A DNA stretch of 64,000 nucleotides from Saccostrea echinata (Eukaryota), in assembly GCF_033153115.1 (NCBI RefSeq), contig NW_026889783.1, positions 6,076,001-6,140,000 of the forward strand, written 5' to 3'. A program made the position numbers and the translations under genes. The notes below the pieces were generated by a model. That model made no database searches. It worked only from the letters and a program-made list of their open reading frames with translations, and was not told the DNA's origin. Of the stretch, positions 1 to 13,314 are shown piece by piece. How positions within the stretch are numbered: the first letter of the stretch is position 1; each line of letters starts with the position of its first letter.

Positions 1-307
1 TTGTAGCTTGATTCAGAGGTAGAGGTTGGGACGCTGTGTGCGTACCTAAATTCTGTTGTTGTACCAGTATTTGTTTTGCCAGCTCGGCATAGTCAATAGA
101 GACTTGATTTGACACTTGAGTGACAGCAGGCCGAGGTTCCAGACTTGTAGTTTGATGAGTGGCTCCATGAGCTCCATCAAATGGTTCTCCTGTGCCGTTA
201 TTCTGAGGCAGGGTAGGTACAGATGTAGTTGGTTCTACCAGTGTGATCCCCGGGGACTGAATCTTCCTCCTTTTCCTTGGTGTTTTTCCAGCTTGTTTAG
301 GAGGCAT
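1..307 (-). CDS. N-terminal exon of a probable DIRS/Ngaro gag-like protein (runs off the window start)
   Basis: Acceptor tgtttcag ends at 313 and ATG is at 307. The frame stays open to base 1: MPPKQAGKTPRKRRKIQSPG...VSIDYAELAKQILVQQQN. The basic MPPK start plus IDYxxLAxxI resembles invertebrate tyrosine-recombinase retrotransposon gag N-termini (recognition only). An SGNH ORF lies nearby on the same strand. Confidence 0.5.
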   Translation of the reverse strand, partial: MPPKQAGKTPRKRRKIQSPGITLVEPTTSVPTLPQNNGTGEPFDGAHGATHQTTSLEPRPAVTQVSNQVSIDYAELAKQILVQQQNLGTHTASQPLPLNQAT

Positions 308-654
308 TGTTCCTGAAACATACCAAAACCATGTAAAACATGCCAAATTGGAAACCGTACCTTAAAATATTACCTGGTTATATGAATGGCAAATCATTAA
401 AAGAAACACCCAACATTCGCTTTTATATATCTTGTCACCTTACGATATGTGCGAATATATTAGACTTCGATTAAACTAACTCTGGGTAGCAATTCAAAAT
501 TTCTCAACACAATCATTAACATTACTACGATAATACATAACCTCTTATCTCAATTGATCTATAGGGAAATTCCATTCATATCAACATTGTTAATAAACTT
601 GATAACAAAAACCACTTTTTAAATTCCAAATGCGACTAATACATATAAAGACTA

Positions 655-1275
655 ACCTCTGTACTGTCATTTAATATGTGGATAGGTACATAAAAACTCT
701 GAACCTAAACTCCCACACAATGAGTACATATATACGGCCTACTCTGTACTATTGCTAAACAAAGTGGGTAGGTACAGGTATACTTTGTACCTAAACTCCC
801 ACACAATAAGTACATATATACGGCCTAACTCTGTACTATTGTTACACGACGTGGGTGGGTACAGGTATACTTTGTACCCAAACTCCCACACAATACGTAC
901 ATATATACGGCCTAACTCTGTACTATTGCTAAACAACGTGGGCGGGTACAGGTATACTTTGTACCCAAACTCCCACACAATAAGTACATATATACGGCCT
1001 ACTCTGTACTATTGCTAAACAACGTGGGTAGGTACAGGTATACTTTGTACCTAGACTCCCACACAATAAGTACATATATACGGCCTAATAAACTTTGTAC
1101 TATTGTTAAACAACGTGGGTAGGCACAGATATACTTTGTGCCCAAACTCCCACACAATAAGTACATATAAGGCCCACACTCTGTAACATTGTTAAACAAC
1201 GTGGGTAGGTTCATATATAAACTTTGTACCTCTACTTCCACATGATAAGTCCATATGGCCTAAAACTCTGTACAA
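655..1275. repeat. Tandem minisatellite, about 7 copies of an 86-91 bp unit
   Basis: The unit actctgtactattgctaaacaacgtgggtaggtacaggtatactttgtacc...cccacacaataagtacatatatacggcct recurs at about 741, 828, 915, 1001, 1092 and 1178, with degenerate outer copies. Confidence 0.95.
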
Positions 1276-1712
1276 TCTTAATCAAACAAATAAAATATAG
1301 ACTCTATACTATAGTTTCCTACATATTCTGCACCGAAGAATAAACGATATGGGAAACTTTGATTAATCCGTAACCATGTCCAAATAACTAATCGCTACAT
1401 AAGACTGAAACCATTGTCATTATGAGCATCCTGGTCCTTAATAAAGCCATCGAGATTAAATAACAGAAGAAATAGCGCAAAATTTGCTTTATAAATTATG
1501 TATTGACAGAAACAAGCTAACCAAAAGTGCCTGTGTCAATATGATTATTTGGAACATATTTAAATGCCTAACCGCAAGTCAGTCATCTACTTGCCTTTAA
1601 TTAACGACATTGTCTGACAGAGTATCTAACTTTATCTTTACGACCTAAATCTTGTATAGCCCACCATAAGCATAAACACCCCACTGTGCAATACATGTAT
1701 AATGAGACAATG

Positions 1713-2339
1713 TTATACTGGCCTTAATAAGTTAGGCGACTGAATCACTGCATTCCTTATACTTCGAAGGAACTTCCGCATGGGCTGGTCGTGCGAGGGG
1801 GTGCAGCACAGATGTACGCCATCTTGACCCAGATAGCTCAAGTCATGCCAGAAACCCCTGTGGCGCCAAAAATGAATCCCCGGCAAAGACTGGGTCCTGA
1901 TCTCCAGCTGCGTATTTGTCTTTACTACTTTGTCATTAAAGCTTTTGCAGGCTGCGAAAGGCAATCGTCGTATCAACTGTCCAATTATCACCATTTTTAC
2001 ACCGACGCCATCCCGCAAATATGCTGCCACAGATATGAGGTCTCCGGCTAACTTTTCACAACAAGTCAGATCACTTATATCATTTTCCCCGACCTGTAGG
2101 AAAATAATATCTGGCGGCGAAATAAAATGAAAAAGTTCCCTTCTAGCACCGAGTCCTTGAGATACATTAAGGTGGCGTAAACGAAGACCTCCTTTCCCAC
2201 GGAAATTCACATTAAAACTGTCATCCAACTTCAAATTAATTATACCCTTACTAGAACAATATTCCTCCAATCTACGGATGTAAGAATGTCCAATGATACA
2301 AACATTAAGTCCAGAAGCCATACTTATCAAACGTCCCAT
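1713..2339 (-). CDS. SGNH/GDSL hydrolase-family protein, retrotransposon-associated type (about 208 aa)
   Basis: Intact ORF with all SGNH blocks: CIIGHSY (I), RGKGG (II), QVGENDI (III), DGVHL (V). ATG at 2339, alternative at 2321. Confidence 0.85.
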   Translation of the reverse strand: MGRLISMASGLNVCIIGHSYIRRLEEYCSSKGIINLKLDDSFNVNFRGKGGLRLRHLNVSQGLGARRELFHFISPPDIIFLQVGENDISDLTCCEKLAGDLISVAAYLRDGVGVKMVIIGQLIRRLPFAACKSFNDKVVKTNTQLEIRTQSLPGIHFWRHRGFWHDLSYLGQDGVHLCCTPSHDQPMRKFLRSIRNAVIQSPNLLRPV

Positions 2340-3309
2340 TTGAAAAAAAAAATAAAAAAAATAGAAAATAAAAACAAAACAAAACAAAACAAAAACTCTT
2401 TGTACGGCTACTTAAACGATACCCCCGCACTACCAGACTATAAGCCGACTAAAAGAATAATCATTTTCAATAACGTAACTTACAAAGCACAACTTCTTGG
2501 CTTTCTTTAAGTGTCAGCTTCCAATTTCTTCGAAATATAAGTGTTTCAAAATCTACTGTGGTCAGCGTGCGGGTATCAAAATACAACTGATCCGCTCAGC
2601 TGACCACGTGACCCTAGCTCGTTAATTATTGGCTGGAAATTTCGCAGTCCACCGTCGTGAATCCCCAGCATGCTATATCTATTACATAAACCATTACACA
2701 CATGTAAACAGTAAATACAACGCATTTAATACATAAATTCAATTATAATCATAATTGCTGTTTATTTGGTAAAATAGGATGGTAGCTTGAAAAAAGTAAA
2801 CTATATTTGACATATGCTGTATAAAATGTAAAAGCATGTATAAAAATTTGAAAATTTTCTTTTTGTGAGCTCATCCTTCAAAATGGTATCAGATATTTTG
2901 GATCCCCCTGTAAATGTATACATGTAAACTATATCTATTACGGAATCATCATCGTTTATTTTTAATATAGAACAAGCGTACTATTTTGTCATATAGATAT
3001 AAAGGCATATACAGCACCTAAATACAATCAAGCACCACATAAACAGTAAATATCATAATTGTAATGAGTACAACATTCCAGCGGATCATCGTTGTTTTGA
3101 AATAACAGGGTACCTACATGTATATAGAATTAAAAAACATGAATTTAATTAAACCCCTCTACCTATCATTATTATTCAGATTGCTTATAGATGATTTATT
3201 AGCAAAAGACTGGGAGATGTGGAATAAATTTCGATTTCATTTTTGTCATTCCACAGTTTATAATTTTTTTACAGGAAGAATCGAGTCCTATTTGTTCGTA
3301 AGTATTGAA

Positions 3310-5618
3310 TTATATCACAAGTTCGTCTGCATCTATCACTTCAAGCCTAAGATCAGGACTCATTGTATGATAACTGGAGATGCATTTTCGGTAAAACATG
3401 GCTGATGTGCCGTACAAAGTTTTCCAATTTCCCATAATTTTTCTTGGTGTATCACCATTCACAGATATTTGATCAGTAAGGCTATATCCGTCAGATATCC
3501 ACGTGGAAAGCACGGTCATTAGAGGGTATATCTTTCTGTTATGTTTGATTTCACCATATTTTACAGTGAGAACAGTTTCAAAATCCATCGCATCAACAGA
3601 AAGAGAAGCTCGGTCGCCATGAACAAATTCTACTTCAAATATCATATTGATTGGATCTAGTTCGACGTTTTTGATTGGTGAAGTTGGGCGAGGGTCACTC
3701 GCATTGTTTGGACCAATGACAACGGTCGTTCCAAATGGTATCCAATCAAGACCATGAGGGGTAATGGGAAGTAGGCTAGCTGTTCCATCGTGATACAAAG
3801 AAAATACCTGGGAGAACCCACTGCTCCAAGGCAGTTTGGCATACACCTGAATTAAATCAAGATTATTGTACACTTCCTTAGTATATTTACTTTTAGTGGC
3901 CATCGTGTGTTCTTCCATATACCCGGAGTCGATGTCGGTACCCTCTATGATATATTTGTTGTCCTGATAGAGGACGGTTTTGTTGTGAACCGTCTCCCGT
4001 TTTTTAAGCGTTATACTTTCAATGAATGTATTCACTGCTTGTGATGAGGAAAAGCCAAGTCGTACAATATTTTCCTGGGTTAAACTCCAGGAATGGTCCG
4101 GAATTTTCCAGGTATGAATTGTCTTATTTTTAGGATCAACTTTAAGTCTATCAAAACTGATGTACCGACGAGATTCACCCAAATAAGAGATATCCAGGTC
4201 AAAAGGTGCTCCTTCATCTTTAAATTTAATAGTCAAGACGGAACCGACTCTATGTTCGTTTGGGTCTCTTGTCAACGAGAGTTTGGGCTGAAAAAAAGTA
4301 ACGGCCATTATAACGTAATTTGGGGAACCTGCAAAGTCAATCTTAAATTTATTTGTAGAAATGCTTTGTTCATATGGATCAACAGCTATATTAGAAAAGT
4401 TTAACGTAGGGCGACCAACATTGCAACCACTATAGTTTGGAAGGCGATTGTTGGAAAACGTTTTATACTTTGGATTTGATGCAGTCAAGCGGAACAATGT
4501 AGCGAAATCATTGTATACAGCCACTTTGACGTTTGCCTCCTCGGAGCAAGATGACCTGAAGCTCTTCTGATCAAATCTTGACCCAGGAACACTGTCTAAT
4601 TTTTTAACTTTTTTAAATGTGATGTCGTCAAAACAAAACATATCACAATGGAATCCTAATTCGTCCAATTTCTGGTCATCGACGTCCACCAGAATGAAGT
4701 CAACTTCTGCCCCCCACTGGTCAGAAACAGCCACCAGAAGTTTTATTTTATGGTTACCCGCAGCAAGAATTACACCCGTACCGACAAGTCCACTTGAATG
4801 ATAATTATTCCAAGCATTTCCAGTACCAGTTTGTGTTCCTGTTTTATATTCTCCCACTATGTTCCCGTCAATTTCGACCAAGTATTCGTCATGTGGTCCA
4901 TCATTGGAAAATCGTATGTTCGAAATCTTTACATTGGTTTCTCTGTGTACACAAAATGTGTACTCTAGATAGTGTCCCTGATACATGTGCACAGCCTTCC
5001 TTCCACTGGCTTCCGATCGAGACACGCCACCTAAATCATTGTTGCCAATGTTCAGTGACCCAACAGTGTGTGAATCCTCTGCCTCAAATATGAAGGATTT
5101 TGAGCAAACAGTCGGAGTGATACAGCTTAGAAGGAATATAATTTTGATGCACTTGACGTGAATTGAATAATCTTTTACCTAAAACAAGAACAGGAAATTA
5201 TGCATTTAATCTTACAATTATGCTTCTAGGCATGCAAGTATCATATGTTTGTCCGTTGAACATTTCTGATGAATGACTTCAATTCTTCATTGACTTGGCG
5301 TCCTTCTGTTTTGTACATACTATATATCAATGTAATATTTCCAAAAAAGAGTTGTGCCATCAATCTCTTATGTAAATTCATATGGGGCTTTAACTGTACA
5401 AAAGTTGAATGCATTTGTCTGCAGTGATGGAAGTCATTACCCCATGAAACCGAACGAATAAAAGAGAGCTTTAGAGAATCTGAGCCATTTTTGAAGTCTG
5501 CATGTTATTATAACATTCTTGATGCAGTGTTGATTATGTGGCACAGACTATGAAATACGTAGCAACCAAAATCAGCCCAAATCAATACAAATTGTATACT
5601 TACCTTTATAAACAGCAT
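3310..5618 (-). CDS. Secreted uncharacterised protein of about 627 aa with an N-terminal CBM6/CBM35-like galactose-binding-fold domain
   Basis: Exon 1 5604-5618 (MLFIK|gtaagt); exon 2 3310-5178 (ttttag|, phase 0, in frame with the 571-aa ORF). Hydrophobic signal CIKIIFLLSCITPTVCS is followed by FIFEAED...ASGRKAV...LAAGNHKIKL...AEVDFILV. Confidence 0.8.
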
Positions 5619-8600
5619 TGTTCACTAGTCGAGGTTTTCTGTCAGATTGATCGGAACATACGATTCCACGCCTTTATTTTTTTTTAAAAATTCAAACCAG
5701 TTTGTTGGGTTCCATTTTTATAGTCGTAATGAATTATTAAACACAGTAGAATTCATTAACTCGGACCTTAATTATTAATTTCTGTTTGTATAGCAAGTAT
5801 TTTGATAGAATTAAATGTGCTCTCGCACTGGATGACCTAATTAATCATACTTCTTCATCCTAAACCGGTTTAAGAAGAAAAAATTCTTCTTTCTTAGGCG
5901 TTCCATGTGCAAAGTGTAAACATACTTTACAATACGTTATAATAAGACACATGCACGTCCTTATACATATTTAGTCCAGACGGACTTAATTAATGCAAAT
6001 TTACATCTAAACATTTACCTGGATATCATGAAGATTGGATTGGCCAATCATGAGTACCTTGCTGTACTCTAATTTATCACACAGGTATTGATAACAGGTT
6101 TGTAAAGTATTATAAACAGGGGAAAAAAAAGTGACTAGATATAAGTCTGTAACAAACGGATTTTTAAGTGAAAGAAAATGTCTAATGACAAGGTGTTCAG
6201 TATCGCTCATCATCTAAAATGTTATTCAAACACAAACATTGAATTTAAAAAAAAAAAAAATCAAAGAGCAAGGGCCATTTAGGGCCTTTTTTGGCCCTAT
6301 TAATTTCTGAAAAATTAAATCTTCATAGTTTTAGTCGACAAGGCAATAAATATCACTTGAACACTTGATGACTGATTTCTCCTAAAGTTGACGTAATTTT
6401 TTTGCAAGTCAATGCATTATGACGTCATGAATTGCGTCATTATTCATATATCCCGAATATTTCTTCAAAAATGGCCAAAATATGATGCTATATTTTTCAA
6501 TATTTCGTATACAGCACAACCTCCGATCCAAAGTGTTCAAATATATTATGAAAGAACTGCTCATTAAGATTATAAAACATACTTTAATTTTTGGATCGAG
6601 GGGTGTGCTCATATTTCAATTCTTTGTTGAAGGTTCTAAAATTCACCCTTTTTTTGCAAAATTCAAGAACATTGCAATTTCACACAACCTGTTTTCTAGT
6701 ACCTGGACTCTTTAGAGGAACCTTTCATATACAAACTGAAAGCACCAAGTCTCTTCTTTATATTGATGTTAAGAAAGGGACATAATGTGTTAGTAGATAA
6801 ATTGGTGTATCTACAGGGCCATCAGTTTTATGCCTAAAGTGAACCTAGCTCTTTACAGGGCAAAACAGTTTCAATAGTACTGCACATAATGCCCTTGGGT
6901 AATTTTAAGATATGTGTTTAGTAACCACTTAATCCTTAGTGGAAATTCTAGATCCGTCCCTGTACGTATTCATATAATAGCTTCAACTAGTTCTGCATGG
7001 CCTTGTTAATTAAATTTCTGCATATTTTATTTAAAACGTTATTACCGAAACAAGCAAATTCAGAAAATTGTGGTCTCCCGCCTTTGAGGTTATTGGTTGG
7101 GATGGAATGATTTATTATCGGCCGCAGGGAGAGGCCGATCTATTTGTGGTTGTGTTAGAAAGTGCACATGGTGAAATGAGGCATTATATTTTGTTGTTTC
7201 GATAGAACAATTCCTAATTCATAGCATGCATCAAAGTTTTGATTAAATGATATTTTTAAAAAATATATATTATGCTTTAATTATTGTTATAAATGCATTT
7301 TAATCTTTTGTCAGTTTTCTATGGTTTTATGGAAAAAAAAAGTTTAGAAGTGCTCCCAAGCATGGGAGTGTATAATTCATAAATTTATAAAGAAAAAAAT
7401 ATAAAAAAAATAAAAAAAGAAGTTACTGAATTTACTTTGAATTTGACACAGGTGTGAATGACAAATAAATAATTTTTCGATACTTCACATTTATTGCGAT
7501 GTCCATCATCGCGCCTGCCGAAATCATCGGCAATCTCACGTGAATATTTAGATCCATGGTATTGTGATCAGTACGTGAAACGTTTGCGGCCGATTTGAGG
7601 CTTTACATCAATATATTATCTTGTGGCATATTGTAACTGTCTTGTCTTTTCTGGCTTGTCTATCCAATATGCAAAAAATATTTTATATTTTGGAAGAAAC
7701 AAAATGTTCTGGTGCAAAAGTTACAATCAAGATTCAAGTTCTTGAAAGTCAAATTTGAATAGGTTATGAGGTCAAATATCAAAAGTACATTCTGTAATGT
7801 CACAAGTAAATTGAAGTAATAAATATGATAATAATGAAAAGTATGAAAGATCCATCTCTTCAGATGCAGGAGCTTCAACCAAAGACATTTTTCGGGAAGT
7901 ATGTCAAACTTGAAGATCAAGCCGACAAGGTCAAGAAAGTTGTTGTGCAGGAAATGAACATGTGAAATATGAAAGTTTTATCTTCTTCATTCAAAAATTA
8001 TGAATAAAGTTAAGTTGTTTTTTTTTTAGTTTTGTAGCATTTCCCGTACCCCTAAGGATCATATTTGATAAATAAATCTAGAAATTTCTAAATACAGTAA
8101 AAAGTATAAGGAAGTCTTAAGTACAGTGATTTTTAGTTTTTTTTTTTTTAAATTGAGAGTCCATTAATGTTCATTGTCATAAAAATCAAATAATTAATGA
8201 CCTTTTTGTTAAACTGATGTTTAAACAGATGTCCATCTGTCACCATATCTGATAATCTCTCTATAAACATTACACATATTTGACTTACACGATTTAGCTC
8301 ATTTAGTGAAAAATATTGACCAAGCCGAGCACATTTTTTTTTTCACAGTTCGTTAGTTTGGTCGTTATTAATACACTTTGAAAAGCAATGTTTTTTGTTT
8401 AAAGTGCGTTGACTTGGTCCCCAAATTTAACGCACTTTCAAAAATATTTCCAAGGTGCGTAATTTCTCAACATAGCTTCTAAACTTCCAAATCATATACT
8501 TTTACCGTTTTATTAAGCCATCAAAAGATGTCTCCATCCACAAAGCTACTTACTGTCTGCTTGTCATTGTGGTGGCCGTGTTGTTCTGTGTTAGTCCACG

Positions 8601-8959
8601 TCTCTGATTACCTAGAAATACTAGTAATAATTGCTTTTAACTAGTTTCAAGTGAATTTAAGAAATCGAGCAAATATTTAATAATAAATTTATTTATGGTG
8701 GAAAATCGGTGAATACTGACAGCAAGGTGTGCGACTCGTTTGTATTTTCGGAAAGATAATAACTCCGTCATTTTTGCATATATATCTACCTTTAATTCGA
8801 GGAGACTTTGACTTTCCTGCTGAGTAAATGCACTAGTTGAAAGTTTTTAGAAAATTATTTCATAGATCGAATTTATTTTGAAACCCACAGTACTAGTGTT
8901 AATAAAGCTCGTGCTTCGGCAAGGGATCCAATATTCTATTCTGAACTGACTTTTCTATC

Positions 8960-10330
8960 TCAGTCCTCAAAGATGACAATTTGCTGTTACCTTTTACTGT
9001 ATTCTTGGGTGGTCTTGTGTCTCTTGAGTAACGGTCTGATCCTCTGTTTCTTTTCATGTCTTAGATGGGTTTTGATGTCTAACAATAACGACTTATGTGA
9101 CCACTTTTCCACATCTATATTAACAGGTCCGTTGAGACAAAGGACTTTTGAGATTTGTCGAACTCTTCTCATAATCCTTTTCCTGCTCATGAGTAACAAG
9201 TTTACTCCTCTTAAGGACATACGCAACGTAGTTTGAACTTTATTGTCTTTTTCCCTGGAGTTGAAGAGTTCCAATACTTAAAGGAACTGTGTGCAACATT
9301 TTAATGTCTATATATGGTGTTGTACACTTCCTTTAAAACAAGTTTGGATAAACAAAACATATAGAATATATGTTTAGTAATTTTTGTATATTTTTCTTTG
9401 AATTATACAAGAATTTTCATCAATTGATATCTTTCCAAAACCCCTGGTAAGGCATGCTGATTTTTTGTTTACGAACATCTGATGAGACTATAATCTTAAA
9501 TTAAGAATATCTTGAAAATTTATCAGTAGGTAAGGTACGTTGCGTATGTCCTTAAGTTGAGTAAGCTCACGCGCACGAAGCATAGCCTCCACTGTCTTCC
9601 CCAGCAACTTCATTCTCGCCTCAAAATCTAATCTTTTAATTCATTTCCGGACATTGGGCGAGCAAAATTTTGATTTCGACGGTCAGTTTTAATCTAAGCT
9701 TTATGCAAGCTTAACGGCAAGACTGATAGCTTCATTTAAAGACTTTGGACGACTTTGTTTAATACGTATTCTCATGCCCAGGTCAACTAGAACATCAATA
9801 AATTGCTTTTTTGCCAACGTATCTTGTAAGTCTTTATCAACAGAAGGATAAGCTAAATTCATGAGTCTACGGATCGTTTGTCCAAGCTCAGGCAATGTTT
9901 CTGTGGCCTTTTGATGTTTTTCCCTCCATTGTATTCTGTACAATTCCATATGGTTCGCAGAAAGAAATCTCTTCTCTAGTGTTTTATATGTAGGATTGAA
10001 TACATGTGAGTAGCCTATAGTATACATTGTACTTATCCTCTTAACAAAACCTAGAGGTAAAGACCTTTCTACTTATTCGTCCATTTGTTTAATTCTGAGC
10101 ATGCGTCACAATGAAATTTGTAATTCTACACACTGTCATAGTCGACTTATGGGGTCGAGTGTCCGGCAATTCTGTCAGTCTCTCTCAGAAATGAGTTCTC
10201 AATTCTTATCTTCTCAATTTGTCCTTTAGGGGCAGTGATCTCATTTTCTCATTTCTTCCATAGTTGTATCAATGTATATTTCACGGTGACAAACCTCCTG
10301 GTCTCGAGGATCCCGTCACCGCTGCAACCA
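8960..10330 (-). mobile_element. Degenerate Ty3/Gypsy LTR retrotransposon relic (PBS, gag, zinc knuckle)
   Basis: PBS-like tggttgcagcggtgacgggat at 10310-10330 resembles the complement of a tRNA-Leu 3' end. Gag ORF 9701-10027 (LMNLAYP...QFIDVL...RPKSLNEAISLA). Frameshifted CCHC knuckle C*YRCGK/SGHISRYC near 9085-9125. Confidence 0.7.
9215..9551. mobile_element. Non-autonomous TTAA-flanked (Kolobok-like) MITE inserted in the Gypsy gag
   Basis: ttaa|ggacatacgcaacgta ... tacgttgcgtatgtcc|ttaa: perfect 16-bp TIR with TTAA TSD. Confidence 0.85.
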
Positions 10331-13094
10331 AATATAAATAACATGTTTCTCTTCTTTACGGGATTCATCAGTTACTAAACTGAGATTCCTCAGTTACTAA
10401 ACTGAGATCAAAAATCAATAACAGCTTAAAAATAACATATTTGCCATCTAAAATTTAGATATCTCCGTGCAGAATATTTAAATATATTGACTCAAAAATG
10501 GTAAATAATTCTTCTTTTTTAAAATATTCTTACATTGATGAAATACATTAATAAAGTCAACCTGTTGGGGGAAAAATGGGGGTGGGGGTCATTTGCATAT
10601 ATTAACGAAAGTACAAATAAGCTTTTCAAAGGTTTATCATAAATCAAAATCGAGGTACCAAACTTCGATGAAAATTTAATTTCGTGGATCGACTCAACAA
10701 CGAAATCCACGAAATTTGGTGATCCACGAATAATGCCGGATGAAACCACAGTATATAAATACATTTACAGAGTGAATTAAAACAAAGAATGACTAAACAC
10801 ATATTTATCAACCTGCACTAAAAATACAGGCAATCGGAATAAATGTCTATCTCTCAACATCTGTCTTTAGATAGTGTCTAAATACCTGCCAAATATCTCA
10901 TTGATATCTCGACTGACAAAAAAGTTATGCTCAAAAATGCTGCTAAAAATATTAAGAATGCAACACCTTTTTGTGACATTTTGAAAATTCAATATTTTTC
11001 TAAGATCTGTGAAATAGATGATAATGGTTTATGTTGGTAATGGTCAACAGGAAAATATCATGAATTTTGACATTTTGAGATGCCCCCTCTGGAAACCAGA
11101 CGGTAGAATTTTGTGTTTCTTGCCCAAAATGTACAATATAGTATTAGCCATCAAATAATGTAATTTGAGCAAAAAGTCTATAGTAGTATTTGTATAATTT
11201 TCTCCTAAGTGCGAAAAAATGGTATTTTCCTATATAATCCTATAGTAAATGTACCTGTATTTTGAGATGGCCCCTAAAAAATAACCAGACGGTAGATTTT
11301 CACTAAACTTGGCATATATACTGAAGTCAATGTAAGGTACATAGAGTATAAAATTAAAGAGTTTCTCTATAGTAGTTTTCACACAATAAAACCCCAGTCG
11401 GCTCCCTTAAATGGACAAAAAGAGATTTTTTGTGGAATTTTATTGTTTCATATTTTTTTCATATTAAAACTTTTCAAACCAGAATTGAAAAAAATGATGT
11501 AAAATAACAATCAAAAAGCCAGTTTTTCCATATATACCAGAGAAAAAACTCAATCAAGGTTTAAATCTAATTATTTATATTCCTGACACTATTTTGAAGC
11601 ATAAAAAAATTTTACTTTCTTTTGGTTATGTACTTTTAGAAGTATTTTAGGATTTTTTCAAATTTTCTTTTTTCAAATAAAGTTTTACTAATAATAATGA
11701 AACTTTTGTTATCCCTTTGTCTAATTCTATTGCAACCTCAGGAATTTAACTAGAATACATGTACAATTTGATGATATAAGTGAAAAATATGTTATTTGTA
11801 GTTAATTTTTTTTCAATAAATTTCAATTTGATAGGGATTATTTTTTGAATTCACCCTACGGTGGAAATCAAAAGTAATACATGCCATCAATTGCGGCCAA
11901 ATTCAAATCCAGTAACACTATTTACGTTACAGTGGGCTTTGAAAAATCATGTCATGTCATGCTGCTTTATTTCGAGTAATATGTGTCCAATCTGACAAAA
12001 ACAAAATGTTTGGAAATTATAAAAACTTCATGTAATTAAAAAATTTTTCTATCAAGACAAGTAAAAATCTGTTGATATCGTTAAAAGAAAGGTGGACTTA
12101 CTATTTGACAAATTATATCTGTTTTCGAATTGAATTAAGAGTTTTTGGAAAAGTAAGACGTCGCGCACGGAATTGAGGCTGATTTTGTAACGTCAAAATA
12201 GCGTCATGTAAACGCTAAAATTTCACGTCCAAGTGTTGGAATATACGTTATTTCTTGAAAATTGCGAATAATTGGTTCAAAGTGTAGCTGCATAAATTGC
12301 CCTCGTTGAGTTTAAATATAGTTCGACAATATCTATTGTATCCAACTCATCGGTGTAGTTTTCATCATCTTTAGCATCATGTTTCAATATAAATTGTAGA
12401 ATGTACGTTTAAAGTACTGAAACAGCTCATTCATAAATGTAGACTTTTTTTTACACGAACCATTTTTTTTATTATCTTGTCTTCTTTCAATCTTTTTTTT
12501 TTTATCAATTATTTTATTTTCTGCTAGTAACGGGTTTGTATTTCCCTTGAAAATGGCAAGTGTGCAAGACTTCTACTTTTGATGTTATATTTCATGCGTT
12601 GTCCAAGCGCAAAAACGTTAAAAAATTGAATGCGTAACAAATTAGACTAGACATCTTTTTCCCCTCTGTTTTCCTGCAAAAGGTATTTTTTAAAAAACAG
12701 AATAGAACTCAAATCTATGATATATACGTTCTGTAAAATATCATAATACGCTTATTAGTGTCATAGTAACGAAAACGACTATAGATATCAAAATCACTCT
12801 ACCAATCTCTCCAAATACTTGTTTGTCTACTTCTTGATTTTCACTTTTCAATTATCACTTTATCTTTACCAAAAGAGCTTGGTTATAGAGCCAAAATTCT
12901 ATATTTCCTTATAATGTGTCATAACCATGTCATTTTACGGAATGCACAGTCGGGATCAGTCTGTAAAGGAAATTTATTAAGGAATTTTGTATGACACCGT
13001 CACAGGACGTAATAGAGGCTCTGTGCAGTGGCGGGAAAATCCATGCAGCCAAAACAAAAAAAATGAATAAAACTAATAGCTCTCATCTTTGTGT

Positions 13095-13151
13095 GCATTG
13101 TCGCAAGCCACGGGTTTTGTAGACACAAAACCCATGGATTGCGACGATGCT
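13095..13151. repeat. Short palindromic (hairpin) element
   Basis: gcattgtcgcaagccacgggttttgt ... acaaaacccatggattgcgacgatgc forms an imperfect inverted repeat. Confidence 0.7.
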
Positions 13152-13314
13152 TTTTGTTGCGCAATTAAAACCCCCAATGCTCTGCGCGATGTCACAGTCG
13201 TCTCGATTTTATTTTAGTTCTTTCGAATACCAAATACCAATAAAATGTACCACAATAATTAGTATCAAAATACAATTCACACCTATAGAGTTCTAACCCT
13301 ATTATAAAACTTGC

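Noticed and set aside
655-1275. CRISPR-like array, and the ORFs at 739-1241
   Set aside because: Contiguous tandem units with no unique spacers in a eukaryotic context. The ORFs are artefacts of the roughly 87-bp period.
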